From positions 17,400,784 to 17,464,783 of the forward strand of contig CM121341.1 in the NCBI GenBank assembly GCA_051530055.1: a stretch of 64,000 nucleotides of DNA, in the 5' to 3' direction. This DNA comes from Neoechinorhynchus agilis. Taxonomy: Eukaryota > Animalia > Acanthocephala. The notes beneath the pieces were generated by a model. The model had not been told where the DNA came from, searched no databases, and worked only from the letters and a program-made list of their open reading frames with translations. The position numbers and the translations under genes are program-made. This document shows positions 47,379-58,500 of the stretch, in pieces. Position 1 is the first letter of the stretch, and every line of letters begins with the position of its first letter.

Positions 47379-49605
47379 ATGTCACAAAATAAAAATCGAA
47401 AACTATCACGCCTCGTTGCGATTGATGATTCGAAAGCTGGAATGTCTCAAGTGAATAAAGACGAGGTGAATGCTTTAATCATGGAAATGTCTGAAAAGAG
47501 CAAATTTCACCAAAAGCAACTTCGTCGTCAAAATGAGATTGACGAACGAGTCGCTCGGAAGCTTGATTTCATCGACACACTTACGATTGATCAAATCCGT
47601 CAAGCCGAGCAGGAAGCAGACGCAATTATAGAAGAATACAGGTCGAGAATTGATTACTCCAAATTGATTGTCCACGTAGACCTCGACGCCTTTTTTGCTA
47701 ATGTCGAGATTCGGGATGATCCGAGCCTTGAACACATACCGATGGCTGTCGGATCTACCCACATGCTATCTAAATAGGACGAACAATCCTTTTCTATTTA
47801 GATTCACATAAGGAATGTTCGTCTTAAACATCGAACTACAAAGCGAGACAATTCGGGGTGCGAGCTGGAATGCCAGGATTCATTGCCCTAAGGCTATGTC
47901 CAAATCTAAAGATTATCACCGGCCACTACAGTAAATATCACGAAGAGAGTACCAAAATCGCTAAGATAATCGAAGAATTCGATTCGAAATATTTAACAGC
48001 TGGAATCGATGAGTTTTATCTCGATGTTACAACACAAACTAATAACGTCGAACATTATATTGCTTGCTTAAGGTCTGAAATTTACAAACAGACTGGATTA
48101 ACTGCCAGTGCTGGAATTGCGTGTAACACGAGATTGGCAAAGCTTTGTTCCGATATTAATAAACCCAACGGACAATTCGATCTTAGATGTAGTGATCGGA
48201 AGGAACGAAGCATAAGGGATTTTATTGATAATATGGATGTGTCAAAAATTAAAGGAATCGGAAAGGTATCTGCCTCGATGCTCAACGGACTAGGAATTAA
48301 TAGATGTCAAGATTTACATCGAATCGGTCTTAGTTTTTTAGGAATAAGGAATTGGGTTTTCTCATTAGAAGATCGATTTACTTATTTGAAAAAAGGGGTA
48401 TCCTGAAATTAGTTGAGTATGACAGTTCATTTAAACAAACGGTTGTCGCATTTTGCTCTAAATATCGCATAGATTTTAAAGCTCAAATTGTTTATATATT
48501 TACAAATATTTTTCATTTCAAACCAAACCTTCGATTAGAAGTGTTGCTTAGGTATTCAATTGGTAAATAATTTTTTTAAAGATGTTTCGAACCTCGTCGG
48601 GTTCATCATCAGTTCTAAAAACGAGTGGTAAAATGGAACCGAATAACCATTCCACCATTGGTTTTTTTGGAACTGATGATGAACCCATCGAGGTTCAAAG
48701 CTTCTATAACAAAAAAATCATTTACCGGGTGAATACCTAAAGAACAAATCTAATCATATACTCCGGTACCTCACGTATCAACAATCCTTCGATTGTTTGT
48801 TAGACTGCAAAAACTTGTTGCTACAGTATATTATAGCTTTAAGTCTAGTCATCCGTCCGTTTTCAATTCAAAAAAGATCCAATAAAATTTTATAACATTT
48901 GGACAACCACTTGATAGATTTCTAATGAAGGTCTACAGCGGTTACGGCACTTCTGATCTGGACTATCTTCGCGACAGCGAAGTAAAGAGCGTAGGACACG
49001 AGACAACTTTCGAAAGCACGTCTTGTCTTTCTTTTCTGGAGGAAAGATGTGCTGAGTTATGTAAAGATGTGGAGCAAAGGCTTCAGAAATCTGAGCTACC
49101 ATCACCACGTAAAGTGGTTTTAAAATTGAAGCTTGATGATTTTGAAACATTGAATCGAACCAGTCGTATACCAGGAAACGTTTTTAACCATGGATCTTTG
49201 CTTAAAGCTTCATTGAGTTTGTTAAAGAGTGAGTTTAAACAATTGGGCAAAAGAAAAGTGCGACTGCTTGGAGTACGCGTAATCGATTTTGTAGATGGTG
49301 GACTTTCGCGTTTTCTTGCTCCAGATCTTACACATCACTTATTTGGGGAAAGTGGGGATAACCCTAGGATAGCACAAAGGAACACGTTCTTCACACGACA
49401 AATTTCAGAAGATGAAGTACATTGTCCTATTTGTGATTTAAGCATTGGATCACTTAAGGATAATCGGAATATAAATGGTCATTTGGATAATTGTCTCACA
49501 GAAAGATTTCTTGATGACGAACAGCAATTCAAGCGCCCAAAGAAAATTAAGAAGCCTAAACGTCAAGTGATTGACATATCAACATTTTTTAAAAAAAGCA
49601 CTTGA
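47379..49605 (+). CDS. POLK: DNA polymerase kappa; approx. join(47379..47771,47828..48316,48385..48432,48916..49605), ~539 aa
   Basis: N-clasp IDDSKAGM; IVHVDLDAFFA; SNYKARQFGVRAGMPGF; AGIDEFYLD; TASAGIA...LAKLCSDINKPNGQ; IKGIGKV; PAD KSVGHETTF..RLLGVR; UBZ CPIC..INGHLDNCL; C-terminal PIP-like ISTFF. Confidence 0.92.
48545..48745. mobile_element. Inverted pair of hammerhead-bearing pseudo-LTR units inside POLK intron 3
   Basis: Minus 48581-48612: CTGATGA-T-GAACC-CGACGA-GGTTC-GAAACATC. Plus 48673-48701: CTGATGA-T-GAACC-CATCGA-GGTTC-AAAGC. Confidence 0.7.
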
Positions 49606-50052
49606 ATGCGTTGTCAAAATTTAAAAATATTAACCTCGTCCTTCAAACGATCTTCAGAAAAATGAAGTGAAGGTGACTTAAATTCAGCTTGCTTCAACGC
49701 TTATTGGTCAACTAAATTGTGATTCAGTCAATCTAGTTGTAAAGAATAAATTGTTTTTATATTGCGGAAAATTTGAAATAATTTATTAGGTTCGATATTT
49801 CACCACAATCTTGTGCCTTTATCGTGGCTGTTTAAGCGTGTTATTCCAAATTCAAATTAAAACACTTAACCTTCATAAAGACACAAGATTGTACAAAATA
49901 TCGGATCTAATAAATTACTTCAACTTATCCGTCATACAAAATTTGGACATTTCAATCTTCAAGCAATGAATAAATTGAAAATTAATTGGCTGAATCGTAG
50001 GATTTTAACAAAAGGAAGAATGTATATTTCGACTGATTGTATCAGTTATTGT

Positions 50053-50728
50053 ACGTTGGCGAATCCTGTCCCCGGTGTTGTTCTGAGGCGCCTCAAGTAC
50101 CTCGCGCCAAATCTTTTGATTTACAACAAACGGGGCGCATCCATTGCGGGTATTCTCAAGAGGAAAGCCAAACAAGAGACCAAATCAGGGATCTACAAAA
50201 TTCCATGTGCATAATGCTCAAAGGTCTACATTGGACAAACTATGCAAGGGATCAAGAAACGGATCTCGCAGCATAAACAGGCTTGCAGGACTTTCGACAA
50301 ATCCTCAGCAATCTCGAACCACCAGCAAACAACGCAGCACAAGGTGAATTTTGAAAAAGCGGCATTCCTAACCAGCGAACCGGATCTGAGAAGAAGAAGA
50401 CTGATTCTTGAGTCCATTCACATCCGAGGAAATTCAACGATGGAAGGCAACAAATCAAACCACACTCTGGTGCTGCAAAAGTTGCGTAGCATGACGAACA
50501 AATTAGTCGGCAACGAACCGCAAGAGGTGAGCAAACCCACGGATCTGAGCTACATCCAGACATAACTGGCTGTGTATGCTGTTTATATCATCTCCATTTT
50601 AGATAGAGACTGAAGAGGCAAGGAAAACCTTGCGAAATATTTCTCAAATAAATAAATGAGTATCGATAACATCGGGGACAGGATTCGCCAACGTACAATC
50701 AAATTCACCCCGAGGACAATGATATATG
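50053..50728 (+). mobile_element. 5'-truncated Penelope-like element (GIY-YIG remnant plus pLTR) with inverted termini and a candidate 14-bp TSD
   Basis: SGIYKIPCA*CSKVYIGQTMQGIKKRISQHK...LILESIHI. ttgtacgttggcgaatcctgtcccc (50049-50073) is inverted near 50675-50699. GTATCAGTTATTGT occurs at 50039-50052 and 50729-50742. Confidence 0.85.
50606..50645 (+). ncRNA. Minimal type I hammerhead ribozyme motif in the Penelope 3' region
   Basis: GAGA-CUGAAGA-G-GCAAGG(AAAA)CCUUGC-GAAA-UAU-U-UCUC: stem I GAGA/UCUC, 6-bp stem II, palindromic AAUAUU stem III; predicted cut after U50641. Confidence 0.7.
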
Positions 50729-51379
50729 GTATCAGTTATTGTCAATTAAGATAGAATTGATAATGACTGATTCAGCCGGTCGTAATATACATTCGTGCAA
50801 TCCTCAATGAATGTAAATGTTTATCATCTTAGCTTGATCGTGAAATGAACACTAGCCATCCTTTCTCTTGTCAACGTCTCTCTTAACAAATCAATGAACA
50901 AGAATCGGTCAAGTATTCCACTCTTATCGATGTTGCACTAAAGAGGTGTCTTGAGCGAGTTACTGGAACTCTAAAGGCTTTATCAATTCAAGCGATGAGC
51001 ACTGTTAAGGATATATTAGCGGAAGAGTGAACAGTTGGTCGAAGTCAAAAAGTTCAAAGGGAAAAATCTAACGGTTCAAGGAGGCAGACAAAGGTTTCAA
51101 TGGGGAATTCTAAGAAGCAAGCTAAAGGTTTACAGAAATCGGATAGTAAAGTGTCCACAAAGAAGAATACGTTTTTGGTAGATGCCATCAGCATCTCAAA
51201 CTCAAGCGAAGATTCGTTGGAAACGAATGGTGTTCAAAAGACTGCGAATATTTCGGCAATTACTAGGGACTTCATACCACCCTCAGAGGATATTCAGCTT
51301 TTAGTACTTAATGATTCTAAAATTACTGTGGAGGAGTATGATATTGTGAATTTGATGAAACATATTAGACGATCCCAGA

Positions 51380-52040
51380 CCTCTCTCCTCTCACTGGAAA
51401 CTTTTCTTATATGCCGACGATTACAACCTCGTCAATCAATCACGACCCCACCTCTTATAAACCTCGAACGAAATCATCCACATCAAAGATTTCTTCACTA
51501 ATCACAAACTCTACCTGAACTACTATAAATGCTTCGAGATGATCCACTCAATTTCCCGCAACCCCATATTCTATCCCGATCTTCCAAATGACATCCTACG
51601 AGTCTCGGTCTCCAATTTCAATCAAACTTGAAATGGGACTCCCACATCACTCTCAAGCTAAACACCTTTAAAATTTACCCCATCAAATTCTCCGACATTT
51701 AGGAATGCCTTCACCCGAGCTTTTTATAGATATTTTTCCATTCATACACGGCCGAATGGACACAGTCCTCCGATCTCGGTCTGGGAAGCGCTGGTCTGCG
51801 CTCAATGCCCCAAGACCGTACGGTTATAAGTTTGTGCATCCTTCTGGATTCTCAGATACCCCCAGGAGGCGGAGCTTATCATTAAGTTTCCTCTTCCCTT
51901 CAGCAGTATTTCGTCCCCTTTGATGTGCGTCATCGATGGTAACGGATTCTAACCCGTTGACCTTTAACTGGGATCTGGAACTTTAGTCCACTTGACCACC
52001 TCAGCACACTACGGAATGTACAAACGTCGCCACTTTAGCC
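51380..52040 (+). mobile_element. CR1/L2/Jockey-group LINE remnant (RT 3' half and 3' end)
   Basis: KLFLYADD at 51398-51421, L.LN..KC motif, LGLQFQSNLKWDSHI; decayed by stops and frameshifts. Confidence 0.7.
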
Positions 52041-52589
52041 TGGATAAGCTCCGAAATCGGTGGACTGTGTGTCCATTCGGCCGTGTATGGGAAAAATCTA
52101 CCAAAAGGCTACAAGTTGAGCCACATATAAAAATTCAAAAAAATCGAACCAGTGGCCAAGTAGCGCTAACATTAAAATCGAAACACTTCGATCTCAAATA
52201 AAGAGAAACTTCGCAAAGATTGAGAGAGTTAAAGGCGTTCCGAAAATCACACTTAAGAATCACGCACGGCTCTGAGCTTCTCGTAGCAAAGTTTCGGATT
52301 CATTCTTTTCGTCTTGATTGCCTTGCGCATCTAGTGGATGTGGATTTTGTGCTTTCCAAATAAGTTAATCCTGCTTTGCAATTGGGTAACGGCGAAACGA
52401 GGGAAACAATTTAATTTAATATGTTGTCCTCTTCGTGGGACCATAGAATTGTATGTCATCATAAATAATGATTACGAAAGAATCTCACAAACCCATTCAC
52501 TGACGTAAACAATCGTTTGTTTAGCCATATTTTTTCGAAACTCCAGTTGTTTATTGATATCTTACCTATTAACTCAAACCTATAAACTA

Positions 52590-53261
52590 ATGAGTACTTC
52601 AAATAAGCAGTTTATTACAGAGGACAAACACTTTGATGATTTGAAGAAGATAAACGCGACCTCCTCACTTGACATGAGCATAAAAAAGTCGATTGATTAC
52701 CCAATTGTTGACCTAATGATGACAATAAACGCTCAACCGGACTTCTACACGACGAGTTCTTGTTCAGGTCGTATCATGATTATAAGCCGAAAAATGGGTG
52801 TCAATGATAAATCCGTAAATAGGCTTTTCCAATCGCACGACTTGGTTTCAGAAGATCACATATTCGCCGTCCTGAAGGACTTCGAAGGGCAATTCGTCTT
52901 CTACCAGTACTAAAAATGCCTTTGAACACTAGTTAATGGCCAAAGACATTTGAATGATCCTTTTATAGCGCACATCCGTTGCCGTAGTCTTACAAAAGCG
53001 AATGAGTTTCTTCAAACGGCGATTGATACAGGGTATAGAAACTCCGGGATTGTCACCAGTAAGCGTGTTCACTTCACGGTCTCCGTTCGATCAGCTTCTG
53101 GAACCAGTATCAATGCTCCAATAATTGTCCAGAGCGAGAATCCATGGTTTAGACAAAATATCAGTTTGTTGGTAAAGGAAAGCAATGAACGTTTAAAGAA
53201 AAATTGGCAACAGATTAAGAGTTTTGAATGCCGATTAAACGAAATGTTCTTCCACGAATAA
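52590..53261 (+). CDS. TYW3: tRNA wybutosine-synthesizing protein 3; one short intron at ~52907-52954
   Basis: LDMSIKKSIDYPI...IN...FYTTSSCSGRI; DPFIAHIRCR; AIDTGYRNSGI; SNERLKKNW. Confidence 0.92.
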
Positions 53262-53319
53262 GTTTATTGTGGAAAATGCAAACAAAACCTTTTTATCTAA
53301 GTGTTGTGAGCGTCCCTTC

Positions 53320-53630
53320 CACGGCTGACAATTTTCTTTGGGCACCCATCCCACCGATCTTGTCCAGGAAAGCGCATAAAATCACTTAATACCAAGAACC
53401 ATACGATTATGAGTTTGTACGCATCCCTCCGGATCCTCAGATACCTCCCGAAGAAGCGGGACTCATCAGTGAGTTTCCTCCCTTCAGCGGTATTTCGTTC
53501 CCTTCGGTTGTGAGTCATCGGCGATCGTGGATTTGAACCCTTTTTACCCTGAAACAGGGATTCAGAGCCCAAGTTAACTTGTTTACCTCGGCACAACTAC
53601 GGAATGTACAAACTCTGCCAGCTTTATACC
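53320..53630 (+). mobile_element. Second, 5'-truncated copy of the LINE 3' end at 51760-52040
   Basis: Shared blocks agtttcctc..ccttcagc.gtatttcg and cac..ctacggaatgtacaaac..gcca.cttta in the same orientation. Confidence 0.6.
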
Positions 53631-53742
53631 TCGGGTTAGTATTATTTGATGTCTGGCTAGCCGGTATCCCTTAAGGGATGTTCACAACACTTAAAAATAT
53701 ATGTACCCGGCTATCCAAACATAAGAGAAAATAAAATCATTT

Positions 53743-56700
53743 TTATGATGTACTCGTTCTTTTACTCAACAGATCTTTAACAGTTTTCGATCGTTTCGTG
53801 TATCGAGAACTTTTCCCATCACAGGAACCCAAAACTTCCGCTAAAGATTTCACCTCTTCTCGTACGAGTGATTCGCTTAAAATCATTTTATCAGCAGTGA
53901 TTGTGCGAACGAGTTTATGAACCAAATTAAATTCTTTTTTTAGCCCGTGAATCTTCTTCGCCAAGGAAATAAGTGCCGACATTAGTTCGCACGATTTTGT
54001 TTTGTTTTCTTGAAGCCACTGAACAAAAGGCTTTGACCAGCACTTGATAATGAGTGTCATCATTCTTGTTATTGCGTGTGGACGTACATTCTCAATTGAT
54101 GTCATTAATGGAAGCGCCATCAAAATCACGGGATAAGTCACAGTAGTTGGGTTCGATTGCACAATGTCGTCAACGAGCTTAGGATGTGGCAATGATTTAG
54201 GTCCTTCATTTTCGTGATTTGATGTTTGCCCTCCAAGCCAAGAGCTCAGTTTCGATAAAACGTGTTGGTTAAAATCCGGTGAACCGATCGTCATAAGGGA
54301 GCTTATAATCACCGCCGATGATTTCAAAATGCATCGGACATCTTCTTTTGGCCCTTTGAGACGTCCTAAATGTGATTATAAATAGAAATATCGCTTCATA
54401 GCAAAGGATCTCGAGAAAATGTCAAGATCACAAAAAAATGAGCCCTAATGTGCGAGAGCAAAGTAATTTAATTGAAAAGTAGTTCTAAAAAGGGATAAAT
54501 CCAATCGAATTATTATAGAAGATCACATCAAAGATTTAACAGCAGTTTAATCGTTTCAAGTAAACATAGGACTCGTACCGGCTTCCATGCAAATAAGTTG
54601 AAATTACGTATTTAATTCACCCAGTCGATCGTGCACAATTAAATCTCATGCAAATTTTATATAAGCATAAATGAGCCTTTTAAAAGTTGAGTTAAGAAAT
54701 CGTTTATATTGTAGAACAAAAACATGTTTTTGATTAGCTTACAAAGCAGAAGAACTGAGAGCATAAGGCAAAGGCACTAGATAGTTTAAGACAACAAGAC
54801 CCTTTGTCGGCGTGGTTATTTAAATCTTATAAATTTAAGAACACTTACCGGACAATTCCGTAATTGTCTTAAAACTTTCCTTCTGGTCTGCTTCATCACC
54901 TTTACAAGTGCCATGGGGTGAAATCCCATTTTCTAAGGCAGCGAAGAGTCTCATGATCAGTGCGTACTTCGCCCTTTCCATAATCGATTGGTCGTTTTTT
55001 ATCTTAACAATCATGGACAATGTTTGCCGAACTAAGTAAAAATCATTTCCCGCGTGTTTCATGACAATTGAAACAAACTCCGTGCATTTTACGCGGAATA
55101 TAAACGCGTTCTCACTGAACTCGTTTTTACCGTTTGGTTTGAGCTTTTGAAATTGAGCCAAAAGGGCGGCATCTACCATTTTCTCTTCGGACATATCATG
55201 AAAATCCAAAAAAGTTGACTCATCTTTGCAGTCAATTGGTTTGGTTTCGATTAACGACGATTGAGGATCGATTGCAGATAGAAAAAGGTCAATTAGTTTA
55301 TGGAGGTCTTTGTGATGATTTTCAATGAGACAAGTGAACATGAACACGAATAATTGCCTTAGAGGTCGGTTTTCCATTGTTAGTAAACTCATCCATATCT
55401 CTGATAAAGATACAAAACTTTCTGGATATTTAACATTTATTGATTCGAGATCTAAGCGGATTGTCTTATCGCATTGTTCAGGCCGGCAGAGATACATGAT
55501 TGTAAAAGCAATGGAATTGACTTTCAGTATGGGATTTATTTTGATAGAATTTCGGTCCATAAATATAAAAATAAAAACGTACGTTGGATCAAAATCGTTT
55601 TTAAAATCTTTCAAATTTTTTTTGTTAATTATCACACTTCTTTTGGAATATCCTAAAAACATCGCCGTCTAATTTGCAAAGGTTCCAAACCGAAAATAAA
55701 ATTTAGTGACCTAATAGCGAATTTAACATGGAAAATTTTTGGAATCAACGACCCCAATTCCTAATCGTGTTTCTAAAATTGATAAGCCAATTGAAATTGT
55801 GAGTTTATGACGGTCATAAGACCATTGTTTAAAGGACCGAAGTTCATCATCTACCGATTTTTCGATCAAATTTTCGAAAAAACTTAATACCTTGTTAAAC
55901 GTTTTGAATTTAATCGTCCGTTTAATAATACCGATTACCACCTCATTTGAATTTTCGCTTAGTAGTTTCCTTATGTTAAATATCTGCTGTGCCACCAATT
56001 CAATATGGCTAAAATGACTTTTACGGGCCATTTCCAATAAAACTCCGAAAAACGAATGTTCAGCCACAATAGCCAAATGTCTATAAAACCTGCCTCCATC
56101 CTCATCATCGCCGTTCACAACTTTTTGTCTTATGTCGGGAACGCAAACGATTGATAATAGTTGAGGAACGAGATCCGGTTTCAAACGACACGTTAATGGC
56201 ACCAATTCCTTCACCAGGAATCGTTTCACATTAAATTCCTTTTTATTCAAATCCCTTTGTTTAAACAAAATATTATCCAGTAGTACTTCCTTCAAGTATC
56301 GTTCATCATTGATAATTTTTTCATGAAACATAAGCTTACGGGCAATGTCCCTATATGGATAATCAGATCGCCAATTGGATGCAACATTTAAAACAATTTG
56401 AACGGCTACGATAACCTCCGATAAACAGTCAACAATTATTTTCGATTCAACCTTTGAGTTAACCAAATGTCCTATTAGTTCGATTATCAGAATTGCTTTT
56501 CGTTCCGACATTTTCTTGCTGATGAGCCGATCATTGGATAAAATTGAAGGAAACACCGTTTTAGTTTCGCCAACAGATTGAGCCATATCAAGAAGTCTAA
56601 AAGCCAATACTGGCTCACAAGGTAGATAAATAAGAGATCGTTCAATGACTTCATCGCAGAACTCCTTCATATTAATTTTTTTTAGAAATCCACGTATTTT

Positions 56701-57306
56701 ACCGCAATCGACAGCTTCTCTCATTTGAGCTTCAATGCTTTGTCCATAGACGCCTAGATCACTTTTGATTTTATCGACAACCAACATCAACGGCTCTGGG
56801 ATTTTAGAAGAAAACCATTTGTCTAATTGGTGTTTTAAAATATCCACCAAAGTTTCCGATTCCAAGACGTGGCTTTTGCGATTCATTGACAGTAAAGATT
56901 CGTATAAAACTAGTCTTCCAATCAAAATATTCCGTTTCTCTTCATTGGTCGAGCTCCGTGAACTAAAAACCAGTAACTTATCGCACACGGCGAACAGTTG
57001 AACGAGTTCAATAGCAGGATAGAAATGACAGAAAATCGCCGATACTGCTGTTGCGTATCCGACTCGGGCGCATTCACGGTTACTTGCTAAACCACGGACA
57101 AGTCGTCGAATCACATAGTCCAGCTCACCTTCAAATGTTTTCTTATCCGAGGAACGTAATTGAGAAAGATGTTCAATCAGAGCAGAATAACCTTTTGAAC
57201 GTTGTAGAGAGTTCGTACTCGACAAAGCATTATAGACGTCCATCGTCCATTCCGAAAGATTAGATCTAAAAAGAGATCGAAAAATTTTGGTATGAAAGAA
57301 CACCAT
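53743..57306 (-). CDS. MYBBP1A: Myb-binding protein 1A / Pol5 (nucleolar ARM-like); exons ~57306-55760, ~55668-54849, 54825-54743, 54444-54393, 54365-53743
   Basis: ELDYVIRRLVRGLASNRECARVGYATAV and ILIGRL match the Pol5/MYBBP1A N-terminus; the remainder is helical and divergent. Confidence 0.8.
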
Positions 57307-57493
57307 CAAAAACTAGAACTGTGATCTACAAGATTGCTTTTTTTGTTGTCTTAAACTTAGCATAAGGCGATTCTTTAATCACCGCACCACATGAAAACAT
57401 CACAATTTAATTCTGAAATCGCTTGCGAAAATCCTATTTAGTAATGTCATCGATTTCGGTAAATTTCCAAAAAATATTTAAATTTTTGAATTC

Positions 57494-57731
57494 TGGTGAT
57501 GATAATCATGGATAAAAAGTAGTTTTTTTATGGCGTAAAAATTAAAAGAATTTATTGATTCAGATTTTTCGGAGGCACAGCCTTGATAAACGCGTACAAT
57601 ATTGTGCCTCCGAAATATTGGAATCAATAAATTCTTTTAATTTTTACGCCATAAAGAAGCATCAGAATAGTTCAACCTTCAAACCAAAGGTAGTTTATTG
57701 ATATCCGGGTAGGGGGATTATCATCACCACA
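57494..57731. mobile_element. MITE family with outer TIR GGTGATGATAATC and a long inner palindrome
   Basis: tatggcgtaaaaattaaaagaatttattgattc / gaatcaataaattcttttaatttttacgccata, and tttcggaggcaca / tgtgcctccgaaa. Related ggggattatgatcaccac ends near 9823 and 42390. Confidence 0.75.
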
Positions 57732-58034
57732 ATTCAAACTTAATTTCTATTAAATTTATTTCCTAAATTTGACTACCGCAGCCATATGAGTTTACTGCCA
57801 TAAGAAATTTTGAAAATAAAAGTTGTTTTGTTATAGCGGAAAATTGAAATAATTAATTCAATCCGATATTTCGGCAAACTCTTCGCAAGTAACTCAACAA
57901 ACCAACGATCCAATAAATTATTTAAAATTTTCACCTTAACTAAAAAAATAAAAAGTACAATCTTCGAAAATAAGAGTGATTCTTTTAATTTTTTTGAAAG
58001 CAACTCTTTCATTTACACACAAGACAACAGAACG

Positions 58035-58125
58035 TTTAAACAATCACCACCGTCCACGAAGAAGAGGCATCGCTCTCCCCTCAGTGGTCGCGACCACACT
58101 CGCTGCGTTTCCTCTTTGGATCGAC
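58035..58125 (-). mobile_element. CRE/RLE-type LINE 3' tip
   Basis: Manual translation SIQRGNAASVVATTEGRAMPLLRGRW*; same terminal ggacggtggtgattg as the 23546 copy. Confidence 0.7.
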
Positions 58126-58500
58126 CTTTTTGGTAATAAAATAAAAGTTTTTTGGGCAATTGAATCTTTGCTTTTGATGTTAATATCGAAAAATGCAAAA
58201 TATTCTACCCGTTTTAAATAATAGTTTCTTCCCCCCCCCGGTAACTACTCATGAATGCAGAATTACTGAAAATATTTTTCCTGTTGCTTTTCCTTGCGGA
58301 AATCTATCAAGGGAATTTTTATTTCTAATTCCACTACCCCCAAATTTATTTTCTAAGATGTTAGTTCCCGCGTTTAATAGTAAGATGAGAGTTGGGCTTA
58401 TTAAATCTTTCAATATATTAAAATCATCTTCAAATTATCGGGCACTGTTCTTACAAATTCAAGATTCCAGCCTTTAAATAATCCAAATTCGCGTTCGCTT

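Noticed and set aside
47772-48384. Stop-codon reassignment or programmed frameshifting as the explanation for POLK interruptions
   Set aside because: The interruptions are 56-68 nt insertions relative to conserved motifs, and all intact genes end in standard stops.
53331-53380. Possible 5S rRNA or tRNA-derived SINE head (ccgatct...)
   Set aside because: No A/B or C box and no 5S or tRNA fold; no tRNA or rRNA genes were recognised in the window.
55490-55580. Possible in-frame GT..AA hairpin intron inside the MYBBP1A ORF (YVFIFIFMDRNSIKINPIL segment)
   Set aside because: The frame is open without splicing and the protein is too divergent to test by eye.
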